Shown here: positions 43,480 to 53,360 of the stretch, one piece after another | How positions within the stretch are numbered: position 1 is the first letter of the stretch | Layout of the letters: every line of letters starts with the position of its first letter | Source: Candidatus Thalassarchaeaceae archaeon | GTDB lineage: Archaea; Thermoplasmatota; Poseidoniia; Poseidoniales; Thalassarchaeaceae | Reading direction: 5' to 3' | NCBI GenBank assembly: GCA_030751995.1 | Contig: JASMFB010000002.1 | Span: forward strand, 1 to 55,098 | Length of the DNA stretch: 55,098 bases | The notes under the pieces: model-generated | Told to the model about the DNA's origin: nothing | Database searches by the model: none | Seen by the model: only the letters and a program-made list of their open reading frames with translations | Made by a program: the position numbers and the translations under genes

Positions 43480-43553
43480 ACGACTCCCCAATGGTGGGGG
43501 TTGCCGAGACCACTTTCTATCTTCCCTACTCTTGACGACACCTATGGTGTCGT

Positions 43554-44228
43554 TCACAGCCAACTTCGCTCTGCATCGAGGGTATGACTCTCGAAGGTAT
43601 ATTCGCCAACTTCAATGATCCAAGATTGCTTGGAAACGGCGCCATCATAGTTGTCGTAATCAAGTGTGACCTCAATGTTGTAGAGTTCCCAAATTGATTC
43701 GCCGGTAATCATCAATTCAAGGGTGTCGCCAGCAATCGATGTGTGTGCTAAGAGAGAACCCACCTCAAAATGAGTGGAATTCAGAATTTCGCCATCCTGA
43801 TTGGAGAAGGAAGCATCGATTTCGACGTTTGCGATAGGGCGGCTACCATAGTTGTGGAGTTCTATGAGAACGACGTGGCCGGGACCGCCCTGTTTGTAGA
43901 CCACATCTACCTCGACAGCATCTCGAGGAACTACCCAGAAGCCGAGTGCGAAAATACTGAACATCAAGGCAGCCATGAATACTGAAGCGAGGACAACGCG
44001 TGTCGGCGTTACAATGCCGACAACTTCACGCGCCCGGATGTAGGCCTGCTCGGCAATTTCTCGTTGTTCCTCCGACGGTTCAAAGTCGTCCTTGAACACC
44101 TTTTTCTTCATCCGTTTGATTCGATCTGTCAGACTAATCTTAGAATCGTCCGCCGCTTCAAGTTCGGGATTGTCGGGGTCACCAACCAGCGTGTACATTC
44201 CCTCAATCTCTTCGTCCTTCTTCGCCAT
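43554..44228 (-). CDS. Type II membrane protein with an external beta-rich domain (224 aa)
   Basis: MAKKDEE... acidic/basic cytoplasmic N-terminus, the TM helix VLASVFMAALMFSIFALGFWVV and a ~130-aa external domain. The SD GGGGTGAT overlaps the stop of the upstream 1468-aa gene, with a 4-nt spacer. Confidence 0.65.
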   Translation of the reverse strand: MAKKDEEIEGMYTLVGDPDNPELEAADDSKISLTDRIKRMKKKVFKDDFEPSEEQREIAEQAYIRAREVVGIVTPTRVVLASVFMAALMFSIFALGFWVVPRDAVEVDVVYKQGGPGHVVLIELHNYGSRPIANVEIDASFSNQDGEILNSTHFEVGSLLAHTSIAGDTLELMITGESIWELYNIEVTLDYDNYDGAVSKQSWIIEVGEYTFESHTLDAERSWL

Positions 44229-44232
44229 GAAA

Positions 44233-47200
44233 TCACCCCGCCAATGTGGCCACTCCCGTGGCAATGGCCGTGGTCAGCGGCTCAGGCAATAGATAGTGAG
44301 TGGTTTGGGCATTCGTTCCCATCAAATTGAGTAGAGAAAGGTCAGAAGCCAAACCGTTGACGCCGATTGTAGTACCTGTTGGAACGCCACCAGTGACCTG
44401 TGCATCAATCAATACGGCTCGACCGTCAAATGAGAATTTTCCGATGTCTACGGATGCTCGGGCGTTAGCGATGATTCGGCCACCACGAACGTCCTCAATC
44501 GTGACAATGGGATACGCACTACCCAGATAACTCAGATGAATCGTTGCACTCTTGAGATTCTCGCCCGCAGCTTCCAGTTGTTCAAGCCAAACACCGGGCT
44601 GAGTAGGAACGTCGTTTTGACGGAGATAGAGTCGTTCAATACCGTTGCCACTGCTCATAACCCTCAGACCGAATTCTTCGGTCGGCTCGAGGCTCATGTG
44701 GCTGGCAAGGTTCTGTGCTAGCAGTAAACTATCGCCACGAGCCTCAACAGCCCGGCCGGTGGTAGAAATGAACAAATCCATTCCTGGTCCCGAAGATGAG
44801 AATATCAGGGTCGACATTCCTTGGAAACTTACTGGCTTAGTGATGTCGAAAACGGTGGAAGGTGCGGTTGTCAGATTCATCTGTCGAGGGAGTTCATGCA
44901 AGAATACCGTTGCAGGCCACCATTTCCCTGCATTGAATCGGTTCATCTGTAGCATCAGTGAATCAATCGAAAGGCCTGTTTGCCCAGGATCTTCAGCCTC
45001 CATTCCAACAGAGAGCGTTGACCCCAAAGATGCGGTCATGTCCAATTGTTCAGGGATGCCTTGCAGCAGCAATTCGTATCGAGTGGATTCAGTCCGATCC
45101 AGCAATGTCACGTGGATTGCATCTAATGATCGACTCATCTCATAATTACTGAAAATAGATAATTGTGGGACAACTGGACGATAATCGGTGGTAATCTGTG
45201 ATTCAATCTTCAAATCAGTGGATTGGCCCGGTTCAAATCCGATTAGCATGAGATGTAGGTCGCGACCGTTGTAATTGTTGACCTCGACCATGAATTCTGG
45301 ATTCGCAGGTACCCACCCCTCCAATTCGATATCGATATCCCAACGATCAGTAACAGTGAGGTTCTGATAATTGATTGAAAGATCAATGGATGGTGCGAGA
45401 TTGGGCAACCAGACACGCGCTCTGAAGGCGGTGTGATTATCCTCAGCGAGGTCCGCCTCCATCGAAATACCGTGCAACCATTCTGGCTCATCGAGTGCCA
45501 TTCGACCTTGTTGCGCATCGATAACTAGATCGAAACTCTGATCTGCATCCAGTTCGACACCGAATGAGAAGTCGGAGCGTTGATCATCGATTGCACCACC
45601 TGTTACGCTGGTTACCAATTCTCCAAGCATCCCATTCACACTCTGTCCAAAATCAGTGAATCCAGCAAGGAAGAATGCGATACCTGCAAGGCCTTCGTCG
45701 GTGGTGAATTGTGGTACATCCAGAGCGCTGGCCTCACCCACACCACCCTGTGGAACCTCGATTGCCAGATTTGAGGGCAGGGGGTCGAGGAGGACGTGCG
45801 CGGTCAATCCGTCAGCCGGGGATTCGTGAGTCGTCTGATCCATAATCACCGCGTGGAAGGGCGAATCACCCGGCCCAACAAGGAATCCAGTTCCACGACC
45901 AGCCTCACCAGGAACTCCAGGCATCTCCGCACCGAGGAAGCCAACTTCCGTGATTCCATGCACACGAGCAGAGAGTGTGGCCTCCCCTGCATCTTGGTCT
46001 TGCATGAAGAGGAAATGGTCGCCATCCATTGTTTTGGGATCGGTGGCGTTGGAAATCATCAACGAAAGAGAGCCAATTGGGGTTTGAGATATCCAAGAGA
46101 CGTCATCACCGATGGCCATCGTGAAATTGCCAGGCAACATGTCGATGTCCAAGACCTGTCTCTGCTGCCCTTCACGACCAGCATAAACGACCTCGACAAT
46201 GTCTCGGTCCGAGGTGAAGGTGAGTTCGGATTCTGTGACATCGATTTCAAGAGAAGCTGGATGGTTAGAGAGATAGACGTATTGGAAATCGCTGTCAGGG
46301 AGATCTATGTTTCCAAATTCATCGTCATGATGTTCAAGGAAGAGGACTCGTAATGGATCGCCGCCGACCGCACCCATCGAAATTTGCTGCGATTGTGTCG
46401 AGGCATCATCGATGATGTGGAGTGAGTGAAGGCCTTCATGGTGCAAACTCATGGCGATTGGAGCCAGTTTGTCGACCTCTCCATGGCGACCCTGGATAAT
46501 CGTCGTACTCTTGTCATCTGCCAACAGTAAATGTGGACCAAAAGCAATCGGAATATCGGTTGAGCCCATCACCAATTGAAGAAGGCCAATGGGCATGGGT
46601 TGACGGCCCACTTCGAAATGGGTGAGCAACTCCAGATGTATTGCAGTACCTTGTGTGGCACTGCCTGTGCTGCCACTGATTACATCGACCAGCGCATTCG
46701 GAATGCTGTTGATTATGTTTGAAATGTCGATGAAGAGATCGACAACGGCGAGAATCGTTACATCAAGAATCTTGGAGAAAACATCGAGACTGTCGTCTAA
46801 TGTTCCTACTTCTTGTTCATCGCTTCCGCCGAGCCAAAAATCTCCGTAGAGAAGGAGGCCTTTTGGTAGATTTTCTGCATTCATCCGTGTCATCCGATGA
46901 TCTGTTTCGGCACCCTCGCGTTGGAACCAAGAAACATATTCCAACGATGTGACTGATTGTGTTGAACGCAACATAACTAGGGTATTGGGTGGATTTTGAG
47001 GGTCGATTGGGAGCGTTGGGTCATTGACGTTCGGCGTTGAATCACGAGTGAAATTCTTGATGCCGAGAATCAACGATAAACGGCTCGGAATTTGCCCTGG
47101 AAGTTCAGGCTGAGAAGCGCTGCCCAACATCTGGAAACAGCGTTCAATCTCCAGCGGCGTCATCGTTCCAGAAGGCATGCCACGCAACCAAACCAAGGTT

Positions 47201-48639
47201 TCACTGACATTCCCGTAGGGTTCAGATGAACTCTCCCTGAATGCACTTTTATTCTCATGGAAATGCAGCCACAAATCAGCGCGCTCATCGGCATAATATT
47301 CGATTGAGGTAAGGCCATCTTCACCGATTGTACCCGAACCCGTCGGAAGGACGTTGTCCGTTCGAATTGTCAAATCGACAATCGATGGCAATAGGTATGA
47401 CGTTGAATTGGGGTGGACTCCGACTTCAAGATAGGATAACTCCCATAGTTCCCTGTTATTGCTGCTGTCTGCTGGTGCGAAATGTCCGTAACCAAACCCA
47501 ACACCAACCCGACAATCGTGGGTCCAAGAGGCGTTGAGATGATGCGCATTGGGTTGGTAATGTGGTGGACACTGGGTTTGTCCGTCATTGTCGATTTGTA
47601 TGGAAATAGGTGCAGAGAGTGCAGCAATAGTGACTCCTGTGTCCGTTGAGTTACCGGGTGTACCTGATGAAAATCCTGAGGCTAGCAAAGCCAATGCAGC
47701 CAATAGTTCAGATCCTGCTGATGTTAAATCAAACCAGAATCGCTCAAATCCAACTTGGAGGGCCCAATCGGTAGGTGGTATGGTGAAGTGAGAATCAATC
47801 AACCAAACGTATGATTCGCCCGATGAAGTTGGATTGATTCCATAAGCGAAGGGTTTCATCAAAGAGACTTCCAAGGTTTCCATCACACTCCAGATTTGAG
47901 CGGATGGATTGATGACCTCAACTCGATATTCAATCGTTGGTTCCAACCATAATTGAGTCGGGACTGGGGAGCCCATGACACCCCACCCGACTCCAGGGGA
48001 TGCATCGAAACCGATTGTCAAACCGACACGGATGTCGGGATTTTCGACGGTGGCTGTATTCGGATCATCGTCACCATCGATATCGATTTCATGCATCAAT
48101 GGATCTTGGCTAAACAGACTCAGTAGAGACGCTGAGAATGGGACAACAGTGAATTTCTCGTGATTGGGGCCATTATTCTGGGCTTGATATTCAGACCAGA
48201 TGATGTAGTCGGTGAGATTGACCAATGTCCCCCAAATCGTGTCAACTAGACCGGGTGGAGCATCATCACCTAGCAAGATGTCAATTGGTTTAGGATGATC
48301 AACTCCGATTGGATCAGAGGGTTCAATGGCCAAGCCATCTAGGGCTGTATCGATGTGTGTTAACGGGTCCTGAGAACCGATAGAACGAACTCCATTACGA
48401 ACCGGCGAAAGAGAATTCTCTGCCTGTAATTCAATCTGGTCACTATCGAGCATTAAGTCACGTGTTGCCAAAACATCGTGTAATTCAGATACAATCCCGA
48501 AATCTTCAGCCCGAACCTGGGCAGCCTCAACGGCCATGAAGGGACTCAACATTGGAAGGATGAGGACAAGGACGAGTGCCACACTAGTTCTATCTCGAGC
48601 GCTGGGCGCTGCCAGAATGAGACGTGTACTATCCTCCAT
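44233..48639 (-). CDS. Giant secreted protein of unknown function (1468 aa)
   Basis: An uninterrupted ORF with the N-terminal signal/anchor RTSVALVLVLILPMLSPFMAVEAAQ. I recognise no domain motif. The ATG at 48639 is preferred; the GTG is at 48651. Confidence 0.75.
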   Translation of the reverse strand: MEDSTRLILAAPSARDRTSVALVLVLILPMLSPFMAVEAAQVRAEDFGIVSELHDVLATRDLMLDSDQIELQAENSLSPVRNGVRSIGSQDPLTHIDTALDGLAIEPSDPIGVDHPKPIDILLGDDAPPGLVDTIWGTLVNLTDYIIWSEYQAQNNGPNHEKFTVVPFSASLLSLFSQDPLMHEIDIDGDDDPNTATVENPDIRVGLTIGFDASPGVGWGVMGSPVPTQLWLEPTIEYRVEVINPSAQIWSVMETLEVSLMKPFAYGINPTSSGESYVWLIDSHFTIPPTDWALQVGFERFWFDLTSAGSELLAALALLASGFSSGTPGNSTDTGVTIAALSAPISIQIDNDGQTQCPPHYQPNAHHLNASWTHDCRVGVGFGYGHFAPADSSNNRELWELSYLEVGVHPNSTSYLLPSIVDLTIRTDNVLPTGSGTIGEDGLTSIEYYADERADLWLHFHENKSAFRESSSEPYGNVSETLVWLRGMPSGTMTPLEIERCFQMLGSASQPELPGQIPSRLSLILGIKNFTRDSTPNVNDPTLPIDPQNPPNTLVMLRSTQSVTSLEYVSWFQREGAETDHRMTRMNAENLPKGLLLYGDFWLGGSDEQEVGTLDDSLDVFSKILDVTILAVVDLFIDISNIINSIPNALVDVISGSTGSATQGTAIHLELLTHFEVGRQPMPIGLLQLVMGSTDIPIAFGPHLLLADDKSTTIIQGRHGEVDKLAPIAMSLHHEGLHSLHIIDDASTQSQQISMGAVGGDPLRVLFLEHHDDEFGNIDLPDSDFQYVYLSNHPASLEIDVTESELTFTSDRDIVEVVYAGREGQQRQVLDIDMLPGNFTMAIGDDVSWISQTPIGSLSLMISNATDPKTMDGDHFLFMQDQDAGEATLSARVHGITEVGFLGAEMPGVPGEAGRGTGFLVGPGDSPFHAVIMDQTTHESPADGLTAHVLLDPLPSNLAIEVPQGGVGEASALDVPQFTTDEGLAGIAFFLAGFTDFGQSVNGMLGELVTSVTGGAIDDQRSDFSFGVELDADQSFDLVIDAQQGRMALDEPEWLHGISMEADLAEDNHTAFRARVWLPNLAPSIDLSINYQNLTVTDRWDIDIELEGWVPANPEFMVEVNNYNGRDLHLMLIGFEPGQSTDLKIESQITTDYRPVVPQLSIFSNYEMSRSLDAIHVTLLDRTESTRYELLLQGIPEQLDMTASLGSTLSVGMEAEDPGQTGLSIDSLMLQMNRFNAGKWWPATVFLHELPRQMNLTTAPSTVFDITKPVSFQGMSTLIFSSSGPGMDLFISTTGRAVEARGDSLLLAQNLASHMSLEPTEEFGLRVMSSGNGIERLYLRQNDVPTQPGVWLEQLEAAGENLKSATIHLSYLGSAYPIVTIEDVRGGRIIANARASVDIGKFSFDGRAVLIDAQVTGGVPTGTTIGVNGLASDLSLLNLMGTNAQTTHYLLPEPLTTAIATGVATLAG

Positions 48640-48669
48640 GTTGGTATACACTGCCGCCCGCTCCGCCTA

Positions 48670-48686
48670 AAGGGTCTCCGACCCTT
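48670..48686 (-). terminator. Stem-loop AAGGGTC-TCC-GACCCTT between the PKD protein gene and the giant ORF
   Basis: A perfect 7-bp stem in the 80-nt intercistronic spacer. Confidence 0.35.
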
Positions 48687-48719
48687 GTGCGCGAGGGACT
48701 GGCATTCACAATGGTGCTC

Positions 48720-51131
48720 TCAACGCCGTATGGTGCTTCGATTTCCACACTTTGGACAATCGATTTGCGCTTGCTCAATTCCAAGGGGCATATCGACGGC
48801 GTAGTGTTGGCCGCATTCTCCGCAGCTGCCAACGACCTCTGAGGTCTGTGGGTCTGCAGGAGCGGTTTCGGGGGCCGTTGGTACTGGCTCAGGTTCAGGG
48901 GCAGCGACTGGAGCGGATTGTTGGCTCGGTTGATTCAACGCATCTGGAAGTTGTATTCCACCGGAAATTACTCTGGAACGTTCAGTTGGAACGCTCACGG
49001 GTTTGGGATCCGGCTTGGGCTCAGGTTCGGGTTGTGCAACAGGAGTCGCATCAGGTTCTTCGAAGGCTGAAAGTAAATCGCTGTCATCAATGACTCCAGA
49101 TTGAATTGGAATTGGCGCTTGTTGAGCACCGTATCCGGAACCCACACCGGCAATTTGCGCCATCTCATCGCCACCTCCGCTGCGTTGGAATCCTCTCGAT
49201 GCACCTCCACCTCGATTCTGGAACATCGCCAATTGCTCCTCTCGTTCGGGTTGGTGGGCAGCTTCGGCTTCTTCAGCGGCGGTTCGGGCGGCTTCTTCAG
49301 CCATCAATTCTTGATGTGTACGCCTCTGATTCATCCATCGGAACGAGAAAATTCCACCTGCAATCACTGCAAGCACCAACAAAATGGCACCACCTGCAAA
49401 CACCATCGTCATCGCCGATGCTCCAGAAGAAGGTTGGGCCTCTACGTGGACATTCAATTCACGGGTAGATGACAAGCCCTGTTCATTGGTGACTGTGCAG
49501 GTAATGGAGTAGTCTCCGCTCTTAGTAAACTTCCAAGAGACCAAATCACCTGTCGCCTGAGCATCATTCTTTGTATCTCCATCTTCATCGATATCGACGT
49601 TGCGATCGAAATCCCAACTCCACGTGAGGCCGGGTGAATTCGGGTCGGTGGCATTGAGGCGCCATGTGTTCTCTTCTCCAGCCACCACATCTGTTGGTCC
49701 CGTGATGGGGTCCAGCACCGGCGAGGTTCGATCCTGGATTACGACAACGATAGAAAGGGAATCTGTCAAATTCGCGGAATCGTAAACACGCAATTCGACA
49801 CTGTGGTTTCCAACAGAAGAGAAACTGTAGGTGAACGAATTTCCAGAGCCCATATCTGATTGGACGAGCAGGCCATCGGCATACCATTCCTCACGATCGA
49901 TTCCAAAATTGTCCAATGAAGAGCTGGTGACTGTGAAGGATTCGTCAAATCCGCGAACCAGATTATTGCCACCATTGATGATTGGCGTGGGTAGAGTTGC
50001 GTCATCAACATCGATGGAGATTGATGATGTGTCAATACGACCATCGACTCCATTGATGCGGAGATTGACGTCGAAAGTGCCTTCAGCGGGCCAAGAAACT
50101 TCGGCCCACGATTGTGTCAACTCAAATATTCCATCATCGTCCAAATCCCATTCATAGGCAGCAGTATCCACTTGATTGGAGAGATTGGGCGTGCTATTTG
50201 CGGAAATCGTCACCGCCTCACCAACATCCACGGTTGCTGAGGCATCACTGGTGATGGTCGCATCCAGAATCGGCATCAGGGTTACGATGACTGTGAAACT
50301 CGCTTCGGTTGAACCATCGCCTCCGCCGGCCGGTCCAGCCTCATTGTCTGCGTACAGATAGAGAGGCTGATTTGCATAGGTCGAATCGACCGTCCAGACG
50401 ACGCTGTCTTCGGTTGTGACCTGTAGAAGGTCGGCCCCTGTAATTCGGAACTCTGGGGGATTTCCATCAAGGTAACTGAGGCGCTGATTATCGGTGAGAA
50501 GGAAGAGATCTGGGTCGCCAGACATCGGAATCGCACTAATTGAAATCTGCGTGCCTTCATCGAGAATTAGAGAATTCTCATCCACCAATTTCGTGTGACT
50601 GTTAGTGTCCAGATTGACAAGGGCGTCGTGAATGGTCCAATGACTCTGAGTTGGGAATGAAATATCGAGGCTGGCCTGTAGCATACTACCACCCTGTGCC
50701 CCTTGGTCATCGTCACCAAGATGATCGAGATTGTCTAGAACAACGTACCAATTCTTCGCGCTCTCATCGGTGGGTACCGTCCAATGCCAACGAGCTGAAC
50801 CCACCATGTCCTCGAACACCGTTTCCTCAGCCCAATATGTTGGTGAGCGATAGGATTGGTCGTTTGCATAGACTTGCAGTGCAGCGTTTCTAAAGACAAG
50901 GAAGTCAAAATTAACATCGCCTGTCACATCGAATTCAACGATGGTTCCGGGGGCCAAAGTTCCCAATGCAATCTGCTCACAACTCTGGTCCGAAATCATG
51001 ATTGGATCTGGCATTGAACCCATGTCGGTCGTGCCACAAACCGTGGAACGTCCTTCACCAGCAGCACTCAAAGAAAGAGTAGACATCACAAGAAGAGTGA
51101 CGAGGATGAGCACCACACGTGCGTGTCGCAT
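48720..51131 (-). CDS. Surface protein (~803 aa): signal peptide, two beta-sandwich modules, three PKD-like domains, a TM helix and a cytoplasmic tail ending in a zinc ribbon
   Basis: The signal is MRHARVVLILVTLLVMSTLSLSAAG. PKD-like segments are AAYEWDLDDDGIFE and LTWSWDFDRNVDIDEDGD...GDYSITCTVTNEQGLSS. The TM helix is MVFAGGAILLVLAVIAGGIFSF. The C-terminal ribbon is CGECx19CPKC. Confidence 0.8.
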   Translation of the reverse strand: MRHARVVLILVTLLVMSTLSLSAAGEGRSTVCGTTDMGSMPDPIMISDQSCEQIALGTLAPGTIVEFDVTGDVNFDFLVFRNAALQVYANDQSYRSPTYWAEETVFEDMVGSARWHWTVPTDESAKNWYVVLDNLDHLGDDDQGAQGGSMLQASLDISFPTQSHWTIHDALVNLDTNSHTKLVDENSLILDEGTQISISAIPMSGDPDLFLLTDNQRLSYLDGNPPEFRITGADLLQVTTEDSVVWTVDSTYANQPLYLYADNEAGPAGGGDGSTEASFTVIVTLMPILDATITSDASATVDVGEAVTISANSTPNLSNQVDTAAYEWDLDDDGIFELTQSWAEVSWPAEGTFDVNLRINGVDGRIDTSSISIDVDDATLPTPIINGGNNLVRGFDESFTVTSSSLDNFGIDREEWYADGLLVQSDMGSGNSFTYSFSSVGNHSVELRVYDSANLTDSLSIVVVIQDRTSPVLDPITGPTDVVAGEENTWRLNATDPNSPGLTWSWDFDRNVDIDEDGDTKNDAQATGDLVSWKFTKSGDYSITCTVTNEQGLSSTRELNVHVEAQPSSGASAMTMVFAGGAILLVLAVIAGGIFSFRWMNQRRTHQELMAEEAARTAAEEAEAAHQPEREEQLAMFQNRGGGASRGFQRSGGGDEMAQIAGVGSGYGAQQAPIPIQSGVIDDSDLLSAFEEPDATPVAQPEPEPKPDPKPVSVPTERSRVISGGIQLPDALNQPSQQSAPVAAPEPEPVPTAPETAPADPQTSEVVGSCGECGQHYAVDMPLGIEQAQIDCPKCGNRSTIRR

Positions 51132-51181
51132 AATTAACTCGCCCGATTCTTTCACGTTTGAAGGTCGCCCATGACAGTGTA

Positions 51182-52288
51182 TCACAGATTCATCGTGTTC
51201 CAACCGCTTTCTACCCGAACATGATGGAATACATTTCCATCTGCGTCAATCTCAAACCAATCGCCATCCATAGTGGCTGCGACTGAACCTGAGAAGTTCT
51301 CTCGGGCCTCACTGACCAGTGGAGAAATGGATTCGAAACGGCTCGAATAGTGTGTCAATGCAAGGGCACTGGCCTTGCAGGATGTTGCGTGCCGTGCAGC
51401 GTCGGCTGCGGTTGAGTGGTGGTATTGGGTTGCCTTTTCCTGCTTGTCTGCCATGAATGTAGCTTCATGGAGTAAAAGACGGGGGGCACTCGGCAGATTT
51501 TCTGCATCAAATCCAATGGGCCCATGGGCGGTATCTCCACTCACCATCAAACTGGATCCCGGGCGTGGTTCACTGCGGAAACTGTCGGGGGTCAGTGATT
51601 CGCCATCGATGGTGATGTTCTGGCCTTGGGCAAGTTGGCTAATCTGCGCCTTTGACAAGCCCATTTCATTTGCACGCTCTATGTCGAATTTACCCGCTCC
51701 CCCGTTCGACTCAAAGTGATATCCACATGAGGGTACACCATGGTGCGTGGGAACGATGGTCACAGTTACTCCTTCAAGAGGTTGAATTGGAGATTTGAAC
51801 GGCTGGTCATCCTCGATGGGAATGAGGACCCAATCAATTGGGTATGAAGCGTCTTCATCCTTGGTCCCAATGGCTTGCCATTGTGAAAATAGAATAGCCA
51901 AGTCTGTCGAAGATATTTCGCTGTCCACTGGCGGTGCTTCACCGGGGTGTTGCGTAGCCCAATCAATGGCGGCCTGGGTCGAAGGACCCATGACAACCAT
52001 GCGATTGCGGCGTCCATCCAAATCCAGTGTCTGTAACAATGGCAACAGGCCCCAAGTATGATCCAAGTGGCCGTGAGTCAGAAAAATCGCGCGTACGCGA
52101 GAGATTCGAGTTCGATTCTCTAGCCCACTTGATTTGAGGGCCCGATTGTGATCCATCATGCGCATCTGCATACCTTCGCCACAATCAATGAGAGCGAGTC
52201 CGCCCGGGGTGTTCAACACTGAACCTGAGACGGATCGACCATGGGCAAAACGGGCACTAGACGTGCCAAGCACATGCAACTCAAACAC
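51182..52288 (-). CDS. rnz: Ribonuclease Z (metallo-beta-lactamase fold tRNA 3' endonuclease)
   Basis: VLGTSSARFAHGRSVSGSVL...LIDCGEG, LTHGHLDHTWGL (HxHxDH) and LLLHEATF...HSTAADAA...LALTHYSSRF. The start codon is GTG. Confidence 0.85.
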   Translation of the reverse strand: MFELHVLGTSSARFAHGRSVSGSVLNTPGGLALIDCGEGMQMRMMDHNRALKSSGLENRTRISRVRAIFLTHGHLDHTWGLLPLLQTLDLDGRRNRMVVMGPSTQAAIDWATQHPGEAPPVDSEISSTDLAILFSQWQAIGTKDEDASYPIDWVLIPIEDDQPFKSPIQPLEGVTVTIVPTHHGVPSCGYHFESNGGAGKFDIERANEMGLSKAQISQLAQGQNITIDGESLTPDSFRSEPRPGSSLMVSGDTAHGPIGFDAENLPSAPRLLLHEATFMADKQEKATQYHHSTAADAARHATSCKASALALTHYSSRFESISPLVSEARENFSGSVAATMDGDWFEIDADGNVFHHVRVESGWNTMNL

Positions 52289-52367
52289 TGGTATCCCTCA
52301 CGCATCAACAGAACGGCACCCACTTTCACAGGCGGCGCCCCAACCTTTCGGGAAAATCCATCCCATT

Positions 52368-52631
52368 TCAAGGGTTCACTGGTTCACGAGGGATGGGTGT
52401 AGGTGGAAACCACCGCAAAAGAACGACATCTTCGACCGCTCGAATCCATCTCCAAGGAATGGCAACGTGAATGCGATCCTCGACTAATTCAGCCGGAGGA
52501 TTGGTGACAAACAAATGCGTACATGTCCATCCGTCCGAATCTACGACGGTGTCGTGAACCGTGCCTAGCAATCTGCCATCGGGCAAGATGACTGGCATAC
52601 CGCGAAGTTCGGATGCGACGGCTTCTCCCAT
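52368..52631 (-). CDS. PRC-barrel domain protein (87 aa)
   Basis: LRGMPVILPDGRLLGTVHDTVVDSDGWTCTHLFV matches the PRC-barrel pattern. ATG at 52631. Confidence 0.7.
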   Translation of the reverse strand: MGEAVASELRGMPVILPDGRLLGTVHDTVVDSDGWTCTHLFVTNPPAELVEDRIHVAIPWRWIRAVEDVVLLRWFPPTPIPREPVNP

Positions 52632-52682
52632 CAGCGAGCGGTGAGATAGGGCTGCCCATCAACCTTCGGCCTGAAATCAGGC

Positions 52683-53282
52683 TTACTTGCCACGGTTTTG
52701 GTTGGCCTTGAGAGAAGGGCGGAGCTTCTCAGCGCCCTTACCCTTGTTGCGCAGACCACGCCCGCGCTTGCCGGCGCTGGTCTTGCCACGGTGAACTCGA
52801 CCGGAGTGGCGGCTGCCAGTAATCCAACCAAGTTGCTTGTCGTTCTGAATTGAAGGGTGTTGAGGGTCGAGGAGAATACATTCGTAGAACTTGTTCTTTC
52901 CATCTTCGCCAACCCAGTATGAGTTGAGAACCTCTAGGTTCGGGAATTTTCGTGCTACGCGCTCCTCAGCGATACGCTGGATGCTCTTGGCCATGGTAAT
53001 CTTGCGCATTCCCATCTTGCTGGGCTTTCGCTTCATGTTGATCTTGGACTTGCGCAGTCCACCACGGCGAACACGCGTTCGAACCACGACAACACCTTGC
53101 TTGGCCTTGTAGCCCATTCGACGGGCAGCATCCAAGCGAGTTGGGCGCTCGATTCGGTGAATGACTGGGTCCCGACGCCACTGTGTCATACGGTCACGAC
53201 GGTAATCGGTTGGAATGGAATCTTTTGGTCGCTTCCAAGTGTCGCGAACAGCGTGATGTAGTGAACGAGCCATGGTAGTCAC
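52683..53282 (-). CDS. rpl15e: 50S ribosomal protein eL15 (L15e)
   Basis: [44 protein letters not shown]...[14 protein letters not shown] is diagnostic of L15e. Confidence 0.95.
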   Translation of the reverse strand: MTTMARSLHHAVRDTWKRPKDSIPTDYRRDRMTQWRRDPVIHRIERPTRLDAARRMGYKAKQGVVVVRTRVRRGGLRKSKINMKRKPSKMGMRKITMAKSIQRIAEERVARKFPNLEVLNSYWVGEDGKNKFYECILLDPQHPSIQNDKQLGWITGSRHSGRVHRGKTSAGKRGRGLRNKGKGAEKLRPSLKANQNRGK

Positions 53283-53312
53283 CCTTTGGAGCGTTCCGCC
53301 GACCTGCTCCCC

Positions 53313-53318
53313 CTATAT
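53313..53318 (-). promoter_or_regulatory. Candidate TATA box (minus strand CATATAGG) for rpl15e
   Basis: CTATAT on the plus strand lies 31-36 nt upstream of the ATG at 53282. Confidence 0.35.
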
Positions 53319-53341
53319 GAGCGTCCCGCTGAATATGGAAG

Positions 53342-53356
53342 CCTCCCGTAGGGAGG
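53342..53356 (-). terminator. Stem-loop CCTCCC-GTA-GGGAGG just 3' of tRNA-Tyr
   Basis: A 6-bp perfect stem starting 5 nt after the encoded CCA. It lies between the tRNA and the rpl15e promoter. Confidence 0.35.
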
Positions 53357-53360
53357 TAAG

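Noticed and set aside
36224-51131. The large surface-protein block might be a horizontally acquired island or mobile element.
   Set aside because: No integrase, transposase or flanking direct repeats are visible, and no tRNA adjoins either end. SD usage and coupling style match the neighbouring housekeeping operons. Compositional analysis would be needed to revisit this.
52631-52912. A 93-aa minus-strand ORF overlapping the 3' part of rpl15e.
   Set aside because: It is an alternative frame of a highly conserved ribosomal protein gene, with no independent support.
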